Source: an uncultured Clostridia bacterium (lineage in GTDB: Bacteria > Bacillota > Clostridia > TANB77 > CAG-508). Taken from it: 64,000 nucleotides of DNA. A program made the translations under genes and the position numbers. Each line of letters begins with the position of its first letter. Positions within the stretch are counted from its first letter, which is position 1. The stretch is taken from assembly GCA_934167965.1 (NCBI GenBank), contig CAKPMJ010000002.1, positions 191,013 through 255,012 of the forward strand, in the 5' to 3' direction. The notes beneath the pieces are model-generated. The model did not search any database. It was not told where the DNA came from and saw only the letters and a program-made list of their open reading frames with translations. This document shows, one piece after another, positions 48,404 through 58,900 of the stretch.

Positions 48404-51400
48404 TCATTTCAATTTCATAGAAAGCAATTTTGAAATACCGCTCTCTTCCATAGTAACACCATAAACAGTATCAGCAGCTTCCATAGTACCTTTTCTATGA
48501 GTAATAATTAAGAATTGTGTATCTTTCGAGAATTTCTTCAAAAATTCAGCATATCTATAAACATTAACATCATCAAGTGCTGCTTCAATTTCATCTAGTA
48601 CACAGAAAGGTGCTGGATTCATTTTTAATATAGCAAACAATAATGCTATAGCAGTGAATGCTTTTTCTCCTCCTGATAAAAGCATCATACTTTGAAGTTT
48701 CTTTCCCGGTGGTTGAATATTTATATTAATTCCACACTCTAAAATATTATTTTCGTCTTCAAGTGTAATTTCTGCTTTTCCTCCACCGAATAATTCTTTA
48801 AACACTTCACCAAAGTTTCTATTTATAATATCAAATTTTTCTTTAAATTGTACTTTCATTGTACTTACTATTTCTGCAATCATCTTATGAAGTTTGCTCA
48901 TTGTGTTTTCTAAATCAAGTCTTTGCTCACACATAAAATCATATCTTTCTTTTAGCTTTTTATATTCTTCTATGGCATCAACATTTACACTTCCTAACTC
49001 TGTAATATCTTTGTGCAAATTATGTACTCTTCTTTGTGTTAAAGATATGTTCTCTGGTCTCTTATAATTATCTACTGCATTAGGAGTAAGTTCATATTCA
49101 TTCCATAAAAGATTAATTTGATTATTTAAATCATCTTCTATTTTTGATTTTTTTACTTCTATTTTTACTATTTGTGCTTTTAAATCCTCAATAATTTTAA
49201 ACTCATCTGCTTGTTCTTTTTCCTTTTGTGTTAGTTTTTCATTATTTTTGATTCTCTCTTCTTTTAATTTTTCAATATTAGAGCTGCTGTTTACAACTTC
49301 ATTTTTTATTTTTTCTATTTGTTTTAGATATTCTTCTATGTTATTATTTAAAGTTTCATTTTCTGTTTTTAAACTTGTTATTTGTTCTTGCTTTGTCTCT
49401 ATATTTTTATTATTGCTTTCAATTTCTTGTCTAATCATATTGGCAATCTCTTCAATAGAGTTTTCACTCTCATCAAATGATGATACCGATATTTTCAAAT
49501 TAGTTATATCAAAATTTAAATCATCAACTCTTTTTTGAGTATCTTTATTATTTTCAGCATTTTCATCAATCTCTTGTTGTAATTTACTATTTATTTCTTT
49601 TATTTCTTCTAGTTTTAAATTAGAGCTTTGTATTATTTTTTGCATTTCTTCTTTTTGCTCTTCAAGAGTTTCTTTTTCTTTTTTATGTTTGTCCATCCTT
49701 TCTTTAATCTTTAAAATATTTTCATTTATTGATTCTAATTTTTGCTTTTCTACATTATATTTTATTTCAATATTTTGTAAATCTAGTTCTAATTTTTCAC
49801 CATTTTCGAATATTTCACTTGATGCGGATATAATTGCATCTTTTTGTTTTTTCAATTCAGCAATTTGCGTATTTAACTTTTCTATTTCTTTTGCTAATTT
49901 ATCAATTTCTTTACTTCTTCCTAAAATATCAACTGTTTTCTTTGCAACTGAACCACCAGTAATTGCACCACTTGGATTTATTAAGTCACCCTCTAATGTT
50001 ACTATTCTAAATGAATAATTATTATCTTTAGCAATCTTTATTGCTGTATTCATATTTTCTACTATTACCGTTCTACCTAATAAATTCAATATTATTTGCT
50101 CATATTTTTTGTTGTATTTTATTAAATCAGAGGCAATACCAATTATATTTCCTTTTATTTTATCAAGTTTTTTACCTTTTACAGATGTAATTGGTAGGAA
50201 TGATGCTCTTCCTAAGTTATTTTTACGTAAATGTTCTACTAATCTTTTAGCATCTTCTTCACTCTCTGTAACTATATTTTGAAGACTTGCACCTAAAGTC
50301 ATTTCAATTGCTGTTTTATATTCACTAGGAACCTCTATAAGTTCTGCTAAAGCTCCATTCATACCTTTTCCTAGTTCTTTTATATTTTCACAATCTTTTA
50401 ATATAGATTTAACACTTCTTGAATATCCTTCTTTTTCTTTTTCCGTTTCTACTAAAAATTTATGTCTTGCTTCTTTTATCCTTAAATCCTGTGTCAAATT
50501 ATTTATTTTTATATCACAGTCTTTAATTTTGTTTTCTGCACTTTGTTTCTTTCCCTTAATCTCATCAAGACTTTTTTGGGTTTCATTTTTAATTTTTTCT
50601 ACTTCATAACATCCTTTTTCAATTTCTTCTTTCTTAAATCTTATATTATCTACCTCTGATATGTTTGAAGAAATTTCATTATCTATTTGTTTTTGTCTTT
50701 TTTCTATGTTAGAAATATTTACTTTTTGAGTGTTTATGTCTGATTCTATTTCATATTTATTATCAATATTTTGTTCTAAAGTTCTTTTAGCTTCTTCTAT
50801 CTTCAATTCTTTCTCTGTTAAAGTCTTTGTTATTTCATCAAGTTCTGATTGCTTTTCTCGTAACTCTTTTTCGAATTTTGCTTTGTTTTCTTTTAAACTA
50901 TTTTTCTTATCTAATTTTGTATTTATTTCCTCTTCTGATTCTTTATTTTTTTGTTTTAAGTTTTCTATTTCCTCTATGAATCTAGCAATATTTCCCTCAT
51001 TATTTTCTATTTTAGCTTTTGATACATTTATTTCTGAGTTTAATTGTTCTTGCTTTTTTTGACTTTCAAATCCAATATTTTGCATTGCTTCAATTTTAGC
51101 TGTAATCTCGTCAATATTATTTTTCAGTTCTTCTTTTAGTTGTTTTATTCTTTCTAATTTTCCCTCTTCTAAGCTACAATTTGAATTCATTATATCTTCG
51201 TCTTCTGTTATCTTTTGTAAATCTGTTTTATATTTTTCTATGTTATATAAAAACAAACCTACCTCTATATCTTTTAGTTCATTTTTTAATTCTAAAAATC
51301 TTTTAGCTTTATCAGACTGAGATTTTAATGGTCCTAAATTTGCTTCTATTTCAACCAATATATCATTTATTCTTAATAGATTAAGTTTTGTATGTTCTAA

Positions 51401-51940
51401 CTTCTTTTCTGATTCTTCTTTTCTTGTTTTATATTTTACAATACCTGCAGCTTCTTCAAATACATTTCTTCTATCTTCCGATTTATTGCTTAATATTTCA
51501 TCAATCTTTCCTTGTCCAATTATTGAATATCCATCTTTACCTATACCTGTATCCATAAACAATTCTAATATGTCTTTTAACCTACATGGTACTTTATTTA
51601 TATAATATCCTGTTTCACCGCTTCTATATATTTTTCTTGTAATAGTAACTTCACTATATTCTATAGGTAATGAACCATCTGTATTGTCAAATACTAATGA
51701 TGCTTCAGCAAATCCTAATGACTTTCTATTTTGTGTTCCTGCAAATATTACATCACTTGATTTTCCACTACGAAGTTGTTTCATACTTTGCTCACCAAGT
51801 ATCCATCTTATACTATCTGCTATATTACTTTTTCCTGACCCATTTGGTCCTATTACGCTTGTTATTCCTGGCATAAATTCTAATACAGTTTTATCTGCAA
51901 AAGATTTAAAACCTTGCATTTCTAATCTTCTTAAATACAT
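48404..51940 (-). CDS. smc: chromosome segregation protein SMC
   Basis: The N-terminus YLRRLEMQGFKSF...GPNGSGKSN, long coiled coils with a hinge, and the C-terminal LSGGEK...LDEIEAALD identify SMC. The start is set at the ATG after AAGGAGAA. Confidence 0.92.
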   Translation of the reverse strand: MYLRRLEMQGFKSFADKTVLEFMPGITSVIGPNGSGKSNIADSIRWILGEQSMKQLRSGKSSDVIFAGTQNRKSLGFAEASLVFDNTDGSLPIEYSEVTITRKIYRSGETGYYINKVPCRLKDILELFMDTGIGKDGYSIIGQGKIDEILSNKSEDRRNVFEEAAGIVKYKTRKEESEKKLEHTKLNLLRINDILVEIEANLGPLKSQSDKAKRFLELKNELKDIEVGLFLYNIEKYKTDLQKITEDEDIMNSNCSLEEGKLERIKQLKEELKNNIDEITAKIEAMQNIGFESQKKQEQLNSEINVSKAKIENNEGNIARFIEEIENLKQKNKESEEEINTKLDKKNSLKENKAKFEKELREKQSELDEITKTLTEKELKIEEAKRTLEQNIDNKYEIESDINTQKVNISNIEKRQKQIDNEISSNISEVDNIRFKKEEIEKGCYEVEKIKNETQKSLDEIKGKKQSAENKIKDCDIKINNLTQDLRIKEARHKFLVETEKEKEGYSRSVKSILKDCENIKELGKGMNGALAELIEVPSEYKTAIEMTLGASLQNIVTESEEDAKRLVEHLRKNNLGRASFLPITSVKGKKLDKIKGNIIGIASDLIKYNKKYEQIILNLLGRTVIVENMNTAIKIAKDNNYSFRIVTLEGDLINPSGAITGGSVAKKTVDILGRSKEIDKLAKEIEKLNTQIAELKKQKDAIISASSEIFENGEKLELDLQNIEIKYNVEKQKLESINENILKIKERMDKHKKEKETLEEQKEEMQKIIQSSNLKLEEIKEINSKLQQEIDENAENNKDTQKRVDDLNFDITNLKISVSSFDESENSIEEIANMIRQEIESNNKNIETKQEQITSLKTENETLNNNIEEYLKQIEKIKNEVVNSSSNIEKLKEERIKNNEKLTQKEKEQADEFKIIEDLKAQIVKIEVKKSKIEDDLNNQINLLWNEYELTPNAVDNYKRPENISLTQRRVHNLHKDITELGSVNVDAIEEYKKLKERYDFMCEQRLDLENTMSKLHKMIAEIVSTMKVQFKEKFDIINRNFGEVFKELFGGGKAEITLEDENNILECGININIQPPGKKLQSMMLLSGGEKAFTAIALLFAILKMNPAPFCVLDEIEAALDDVNVYRYAEFLKKFSKDTQFLIITHRKGTMEAADTVYGVTMEESGISKLLSMKLK

Positions 51941-51953
51941 TTTTATTCTCCTT

Positions 51954-52817
51954 TTATGCATCTCTCTTCCAGTAAAATAAATACTGTTGAGCTAGCCCTT
52001 CTAAAGAGCCAAATTTTTCATCTGCAATATTCATAATCTCTTTTTTACTTACTTTATTTTCATCTTCATTTTTTATATAGAGTTCATTCATAACTCTTCT
52101 TACCCATACATCTATTGGAAATACATCAAACCTTTTTAAAGTAGAAAATAATAATATGCAATCAGCAACTTTTGGTCCAACACCAGATAAGGTAAGTAAT
52201 TCTTCTCTTACCTCTTTTGTTTCTTTTTCATACATTTCATCTAAGTTTACTTTTTTATCTAGTACCAAATGTATAGTTTCATAAATTCTTTTATCTCTAA
52301 AACCTAAACCCAATTTTCTAAAATCTTCTATTGTTGCATTTTTCATTTCTTCTGCTGAGGGAAAAGTATAATATCTTTTTCCTTCCCATTCAATTTCTTT
52401 TCCATATTTTTGAGATATTCTTTCTATTATTCCTTTTATTCTTGGAATATTATTATTAGCCGAAATTATAAATGATATTATTGTTTCCCATAGGTCTTGA
52501 TTTAATATTCTTATACCATATCCATAATTTATACTATTTTCTAAATATTGATCTATTTTAGATAATTCATTTTTTATTTCTTCATAATTTCTATCTAGAT
52601 CGAAATAATCTTCTACTACATTTTCTATCTTTCCATTTACTATGCCTCTAAAGGTTATTTCATTATCTATTTTATTTACATTTAAAACATTTCCTTTAAA
52701 TACGCCTGTATAACTTCCATCTTCTTGTTTATTCCATCTAAAGCATTGTCCGCATTCAAATATATGTTCTAATTCAAAGGATTTTTGATTTTTGATTTTA
52801 TATTCTTGTTCTTTCAT
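51954..52817 (-). CDS. ogg: HhH-GPD N-glycosylase/DNA lyase (Ogg-type 8-oxoguanine glycosylase)
   Basis: LLTLSGVGPKVADCILLFS...FPIDVWVRR HhH-GPD motif with catalytic Lys/Asp. The start is set at MKEQ after AAAGAGG. Confidence 0.75.
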   Translation of the reverse strand: MKEQEYKIKNQKSFELEHIFECGQCFRWNKQEDGSYTGVFKGNVLNVNKIDNEITFRGIVNGKIENVVEDYFDLDRNYEEIKNELSKIDQYLENSINYGYGIRILNQDLWETIISFIISANNNIPRIKGIIERISQKYGKEIEWEGKRYYTFPSAEEMKNATIEDFRKLGLGFRDKRIYETIHLVLDKKVNLDEMYEKETKEVREELLTLSGVGPKVADCILLFSTLKRFDVFPIDVWVRRVMNELYIKNEDENKVSKKEIMNIADEKFGSLEGLAQQYLFYWKRDA

Positions 52818-52883
52818 TTTAGCCTCTTTTCTATTCCTCATTTTACTATAATTTTTGATTTATTTCAACAGTTTTTTACATAA

Positions 52884-52925
52884 AAATATATCACCTTTGT
52901 AAAAACAAAAGTGATATATTTTTTA
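52884..52925 (-). terminator. intrinsic terminator after the giant gene
   Basis: ATATATCACCTTTG-taaaaa-CAAAAGTGATATAT hairpin followed by a U-run. Confidence 0.55.
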
Positions 52926-55900
52926 CATAATAATTTCTAATTTATTTATACTTCCATCATCTACAAGACAAACTTTTTTATTATCTATTTTCTTTCCATT
53001 TAATATAACTTCTTCTACTCCCACATTTTTTCCTTTAGGATTTGATACTGTTATATTATAAATACTTTTTCCATACATATATCTTATGCTATATTCTTTC
53101 CATTCTTTTGGTATACAAGGACTAAATGATAATGTATTATCTTTAATCTTTATTCCCAAAATATATTCTATTCCTGCAACGTAAAACCAACTACTTGAAC
53201 CTGTATACCAAGTCCATCCTCCTCTTCCTGCTAGATTATTACATCCATATATATCTGCTGGAATTACATACGGTTCTACTTTATATTTTTTTGCTGATTC
53301 TTTTGTCCTGCTATGCTCAATGGGATTTATCATTCTATACAATTCTGTTCCTTTATCTCCAAATCCTAACATACTTTCTGCAATTATTACCCAAATAGCA
53401 GCATGTGTGTATTGTCCTCCATTTTCTCTTACACCTGGCAAGTATGACTTAATATATCCAGGCTCTAATTTTCCATTTTCAAAAGGTGGGTCTAAAAGTT
53501 TTATAATTCCATTTTCTTTATCTACCAAATGATTTTCTAAGCTCTCCATAGATATAAACTTTTTATCATTATCTCCTGCGCCAGAAATAATAGACCAACT
53601 TTGGGCAATACTATCTATTCTGCATTCATCATTTTCTATACTACCTAAAATATCTCCATTATCTGTATATGCTCTTCTAAACCATCTTCCATCCCATCCA
53701 TTAGTATTTAATGATTTCTTTAAATTCAACATTACCTGTTGATATCTTTCTTTTCTATCTAAATCTCCATTTTCCTCACAAATTGGAATAAATCTTTCTA
53801 AAATAAGATACAAGAAAAATCCAAGCCAGACACTTTCTCCTTTTCCTTTATTTCCTACTGTGCTAAATCCATCATTCCAATCTCCGCTTCCTATCTTAGG
53901 TAATCCGTTTATGCCAAATTGTAAAGACTTATCTATTGCTTTTATACAATGCCTATAAATAGACTCTTTTACATTTGATTCTTTATATAAATCATATTTT
54001 TCATCTTCACCATCATTTAAAATATTACCTTCTAAATAATTTGTTTCTATATTTAAAATTGACTTATCTCCTGTTGTCTCTATATACTCCTCAACCAAAT
54101 AAACTAACCATAATAAATCATCTGAAAATCTAGTTCTTATTCCTCTTCCCGTTTCTTCATGCCACCAATGTTCTACATCTCCTTCTATAAATTGATGCTT
54201 ACTGTGCTTTATTATTTGTTCCTTTAACATTTCTGGATTAGTATATTTTAAACCTAAAGTATCTTGAAGTTGATCTCTAAATCCAAAAGCACCACCAGAT
54301 TGATAAAATCCTGTCCTTCCTAATAATCTACTTGATATAGTTTGATATAATGCCCATCCATTAAGCATTATATTCAATGATTCTATTGGTGTATATACTT
54401 GTAGTCTTTCCAATATATCTTTCCATTTTCTCTTGACGTCATCTAATGCGATTTTACAATTTGATATTTTGCTATATTTATATGCTATATTTTTTAAATC
54501 TACAATATTCTCTTCTGCTCCTAGACTTAAAACTATTTCTTTTGTAGACATGCTATCTATATCAACTTCAATTTCTATTGCAGCACATGGCTTTGCTCCT
54601 AATCCATTATCATTATCTAATTTATATTTTTTTAAGCCTTCAGGATTATTTAATCCTCCTTTTCCTAAAAATAAATTTTTATTTCCTGTATAACTTTTAA
54701 TTTTTTCACTACTTGATAAATACAATATATCTTTAAATTCGTTTTCGTACATATTTTGAGACCAAACCAAGTTTGCATTAGAATCAAATGTAGTTTTTAT
54801 ATATTCATTTGATTTTATTTCATCTTCACCTAATACAGGTTTAACGTAGTAAACTATTCTAATTTTTTTTCTTTCCAATGATTTATTATTTAATTTTAAG
54901 ATTCCTATTTTTATACTTTCTTCATTTGGAACAAATACCTCTAATTCTTGCAATATATCATCACTAGAATGTATATATTTTGTATATCCAAAGCCATATA
55001 CTACATTATAGGTATTGTTATCAGGCATTGGGTTTGCACCTAAAGACCATGTTTTACCATTTTTCTTGTCCTGAATATATATTACCTCTGAAGGTATATC
55101 CTGAAATGCTTTATTATGCCAACTTGATATTCTATTTAATCTACTATTTTTATACCAAGTGTATCCTCCCATATTTTCTGTAACTACTGTTCCAAACTTA
55201 TCATTTGCCAAAATATTACACCACACAGTTGGAAGTCTATTATTTTTATCTAATTTTATTAAATATTCTTTACCATCTTCGGAAAATGCTCCATATTCAT
55301 TGTAATATTTTAATGTTTCTTTATTTTGTAAAATATCTTCTTGTGGCGTTTTATCTTCTAGTTCTTGTTTTTCTTCAAATATCTCATCATCAATTTTTGG
55401 AATTTTATTTAAATAATCTTCTTCCATGTCTTGTATAGCATACTCTAAATCACCCTTATGACTGTCAATTACAAGTGTTGCTACAAATTCAAATAATTCC
55501 GCATCTTCCATACTTATTTCATTTTTTGATATTGTAAAAATACCACCTTTAACATTTCTCATATAACTTAAATGTTTGTCTAAAATTTTTGATTCAATTT
55601 CCTCTCTTACATAATTTTCATAACTATGTTTTTCTTCATCAAATATAATTATATCTACTTGCATATTTCTAGTTCTAAAAAATTCGTACATTTTTAGTAT
55701 ATGCTCTAAAGTATAAACATCATTTACATCTTTTATTTTTACAAGTATTATTGGAATATCCCCAGAAATGCCATACTTCCATAATTCACTTTGATTATAA
55801 ATTCTATCAGGTAATTTTTGCAATTGTCTCTTTTTTAAAGGATTACTAAATACGATATAGGACATTATCTTTTGATACAAAATTATATCTTTTCCTTTAA

Positions 55901-58900
55901 TCTCTAAATATCTACTTTCTGCATCTGCTCTAGCTTTCGAAATTTCAAATGCTCTACTTACACTTTCATTATTTTCATATTTTTTAATATTTTGTATAGC
56001 TATTTCTTTTTCTTCATTTACAGAAATAATGAAATCTACGCTTACTTTTTCTTCTGGTTTTATTTTTATTGTTTTTTTCATTGCAATTACTGGCTCTGTT
56101 ACCAAACCTATATTATTTGAAAAAGGTGTCGAATTTACTATTGCTGTAGGAATATCATTAATTCCTCTTATATTTAATTTTTCTTGTGATATCTCAAACT
56201 CATTATCCACAATAGTTTCAGCATCTGTGGAAAATTTTGCAATCAAATTAATTTCTTTTTCATCTTTTCCTCGTTTTTTTCTTTTAACCCCTAAAATTTT
56301 TTCATCATTATCATAATCAAATTTCAAAAATAAATTATTAAATGCAGGATGTGAATAGTCTTGTTCTTTTCTTGATAACACTGGTTCAAATACTGTAGTT
56401 ATTTCTAATACTTCCTCTTGAGAACCTATATTTTCTAGTTCTAACCTTCTTATTTCTATAGGTTCTTCTGAATCTACTGTAATTTTTAATTTTGTCTTTA
56501 TATTATCATTAATATTTTCAAATTTATCTTGGTCAGGCATGAATGTTACTATCGAATTGCCCTGGTTGCTTCCCCATATTTTTTTACTTTTAATATTTTT
56601 CATATAGAAGAAAATACCTTGTTTATAATCATCTGTTACTTTAAATCTATTTATATAAATATCTCTATATTTACTAATTCCTTCTCCCTTTTGATCTATT
56701 GCAACAGAATAGTTTTCATTTGAAATAATATTTCCTCTAATTAAATTTTCATCAACTTTATTATATACAACTTCTGCATAATTCTCGTAATCTTGATATT
56801 TCTGTCTTTCTGGCAATTCTTTTTCTTCTTTAGTTACTATAAATGTTTCTGGCATTCTTTCTTGCAATAGGATCGCAGTTCCTTCTATTTCAGGATTTTT
56901 CATAAACCTTCTTTGGAAAATATTTTGATTAAAGAAGTTGTTTATAGAAAGTAATATTAATGCTTGATGATGTGCCATAAATGTTTTTACAACAGTAGCT
57001 ATTTCATCTTTTTTTAATCTTTGTGTTGAAAAATCTATACTTTCATAAAACCCATATTTTCCTGTCATTCCTAATTCTTCTAAAACTTTTAAATTTTTAT
57101 ACACTTCTAATGGTTTATCACTTATCGCCAAAATACTTCCATAACTACTAACCACCATTTCATCTGCTAAACCTCTTTTTAATCCTAACCAAGGTATTCC
57201 AAACGCTTTATATTGATAATTAGAATGCAAATCTTTGGTACTAAATGCTGCTTCTGATATTCCCCAAGGTATTTTTAAATTTCTAGCATACTCAATTTGA
57301 CTCATTATAGCAAATTTACTTGATTCATCTAATAAAGTTCCCTTGTATCTAGGCATATTTATATTTGGCATTAAATATTCAAATGCAGTTCCAGACCACG
57401 AAACTAAGCCTTTTTTTCTATTTAAATTTGTAAGTGTTCTGCTTAAATTATTCCAATGTTTAACTGGTACATCTTTTTTTGCAATGGCGACAAAACTTGC
57501 TTGTCTTGCTTCTGATGCTAACAAATCATAATAAGAATCAGTCAATTTATTTTCTTCTATATTAAATCCAATTGAAAATAACCTGTGTTCAACACTATAT
57601 AATTTTGAAAAATCTGTATCTTCTATCAATTTATTAACTTTTATTAATAGTTCTTCTATTTTTTGATTTTGTTGTGTTTTCAGTACTTCTTTAAGGTAAC
57701 TTTTTAATACATATAAATATCCTACAAAATTTCCACTATCAACTGTTGAAATATATCTTGGTACAAGTGGCACTTTAGTTTTTATATTGTACCAATTATA
57801 CAAATGTCCATTCCATTTTTCTAATTCTTCTACTGTCTTTATTATTTTTCCTATTAAATTTAATCCTGTATCTAAGTCTATAAATTCTAAATCTACTCCT
57901 GATATAATTGCTAAAATAGAAAGTCCTATATTAGTTGAAGATGTTCTGTCTACATATTTCAATTTTCTATCATCTTGAAAATTATCAGGAACTAAATAAT
58001 TATTTTTTTCTGTTATATTATCTAAAAAATAATTAAAAGTTTTTCTTGCTATATCCAATATATAATCTTGTTCTTTTACTTTTAAAGATTTAGCTATTTG
58101 TTTTTCTTCTGTGCTTTTACTTATTAAACTCATAAACAATGGAGTAATTGCCCAAATCGCTCCTACAAATATACCTAATATGCAATTATTCATATAACTT
58201 ACAATTATTGAAAGAGCCGCAAATACTAAATTTATTGCCATAAGTCTATAATATGATAATATATCTGTTTTCGAATTCTTTTCTGCATCTTCTGAAGTTG
58301 TCCATTCTAGTAAATTGTTATGTGATATAAGCATTCTATATAAACTTAATACTATACTTTTTATAGATACATATGCTTTAAATGGTAAACATCCAAAGGT
58401 CAAAAAAGCTCTATAAAAAGCACCTTTTATTCCTCCAATTTTAGGAGTAAACATTCCTTGTTTTTGTTCACCTTGTTTCTTAAATATAATTATATTTAAA
58501 ATTTCTAATATAAAAGGAACTATTACTATTCCTGCTAATAAATACAAAATCCAATTTATATTTATTGTATTATAAATATTTTTTAAAATTAACAAATATA
58601 TTGAGGCTACAATAATAGATATTTCAAATGTTCCTCTTCTTAGATTATCAAATATTTTATATTTAGAAAGAACATTTAATTTTTTGCTTTTTAACCATCT
58701 AACAATTTGCCAATCTCCTCTTATCCATCTCGCTAATCTTTGCATAAAACTATTGTATTTAGTAGGATATCCATCCATTAATAAAATATCAGATGCTAAC
58801 CCACACCTCAAAAAACATCCCTCTAATAAGTCATGGCTTAATACAAGGTTTTCTGGTATTTCATTTTTTAAAACTTTTGAATACACTTCTAAGTCAAATA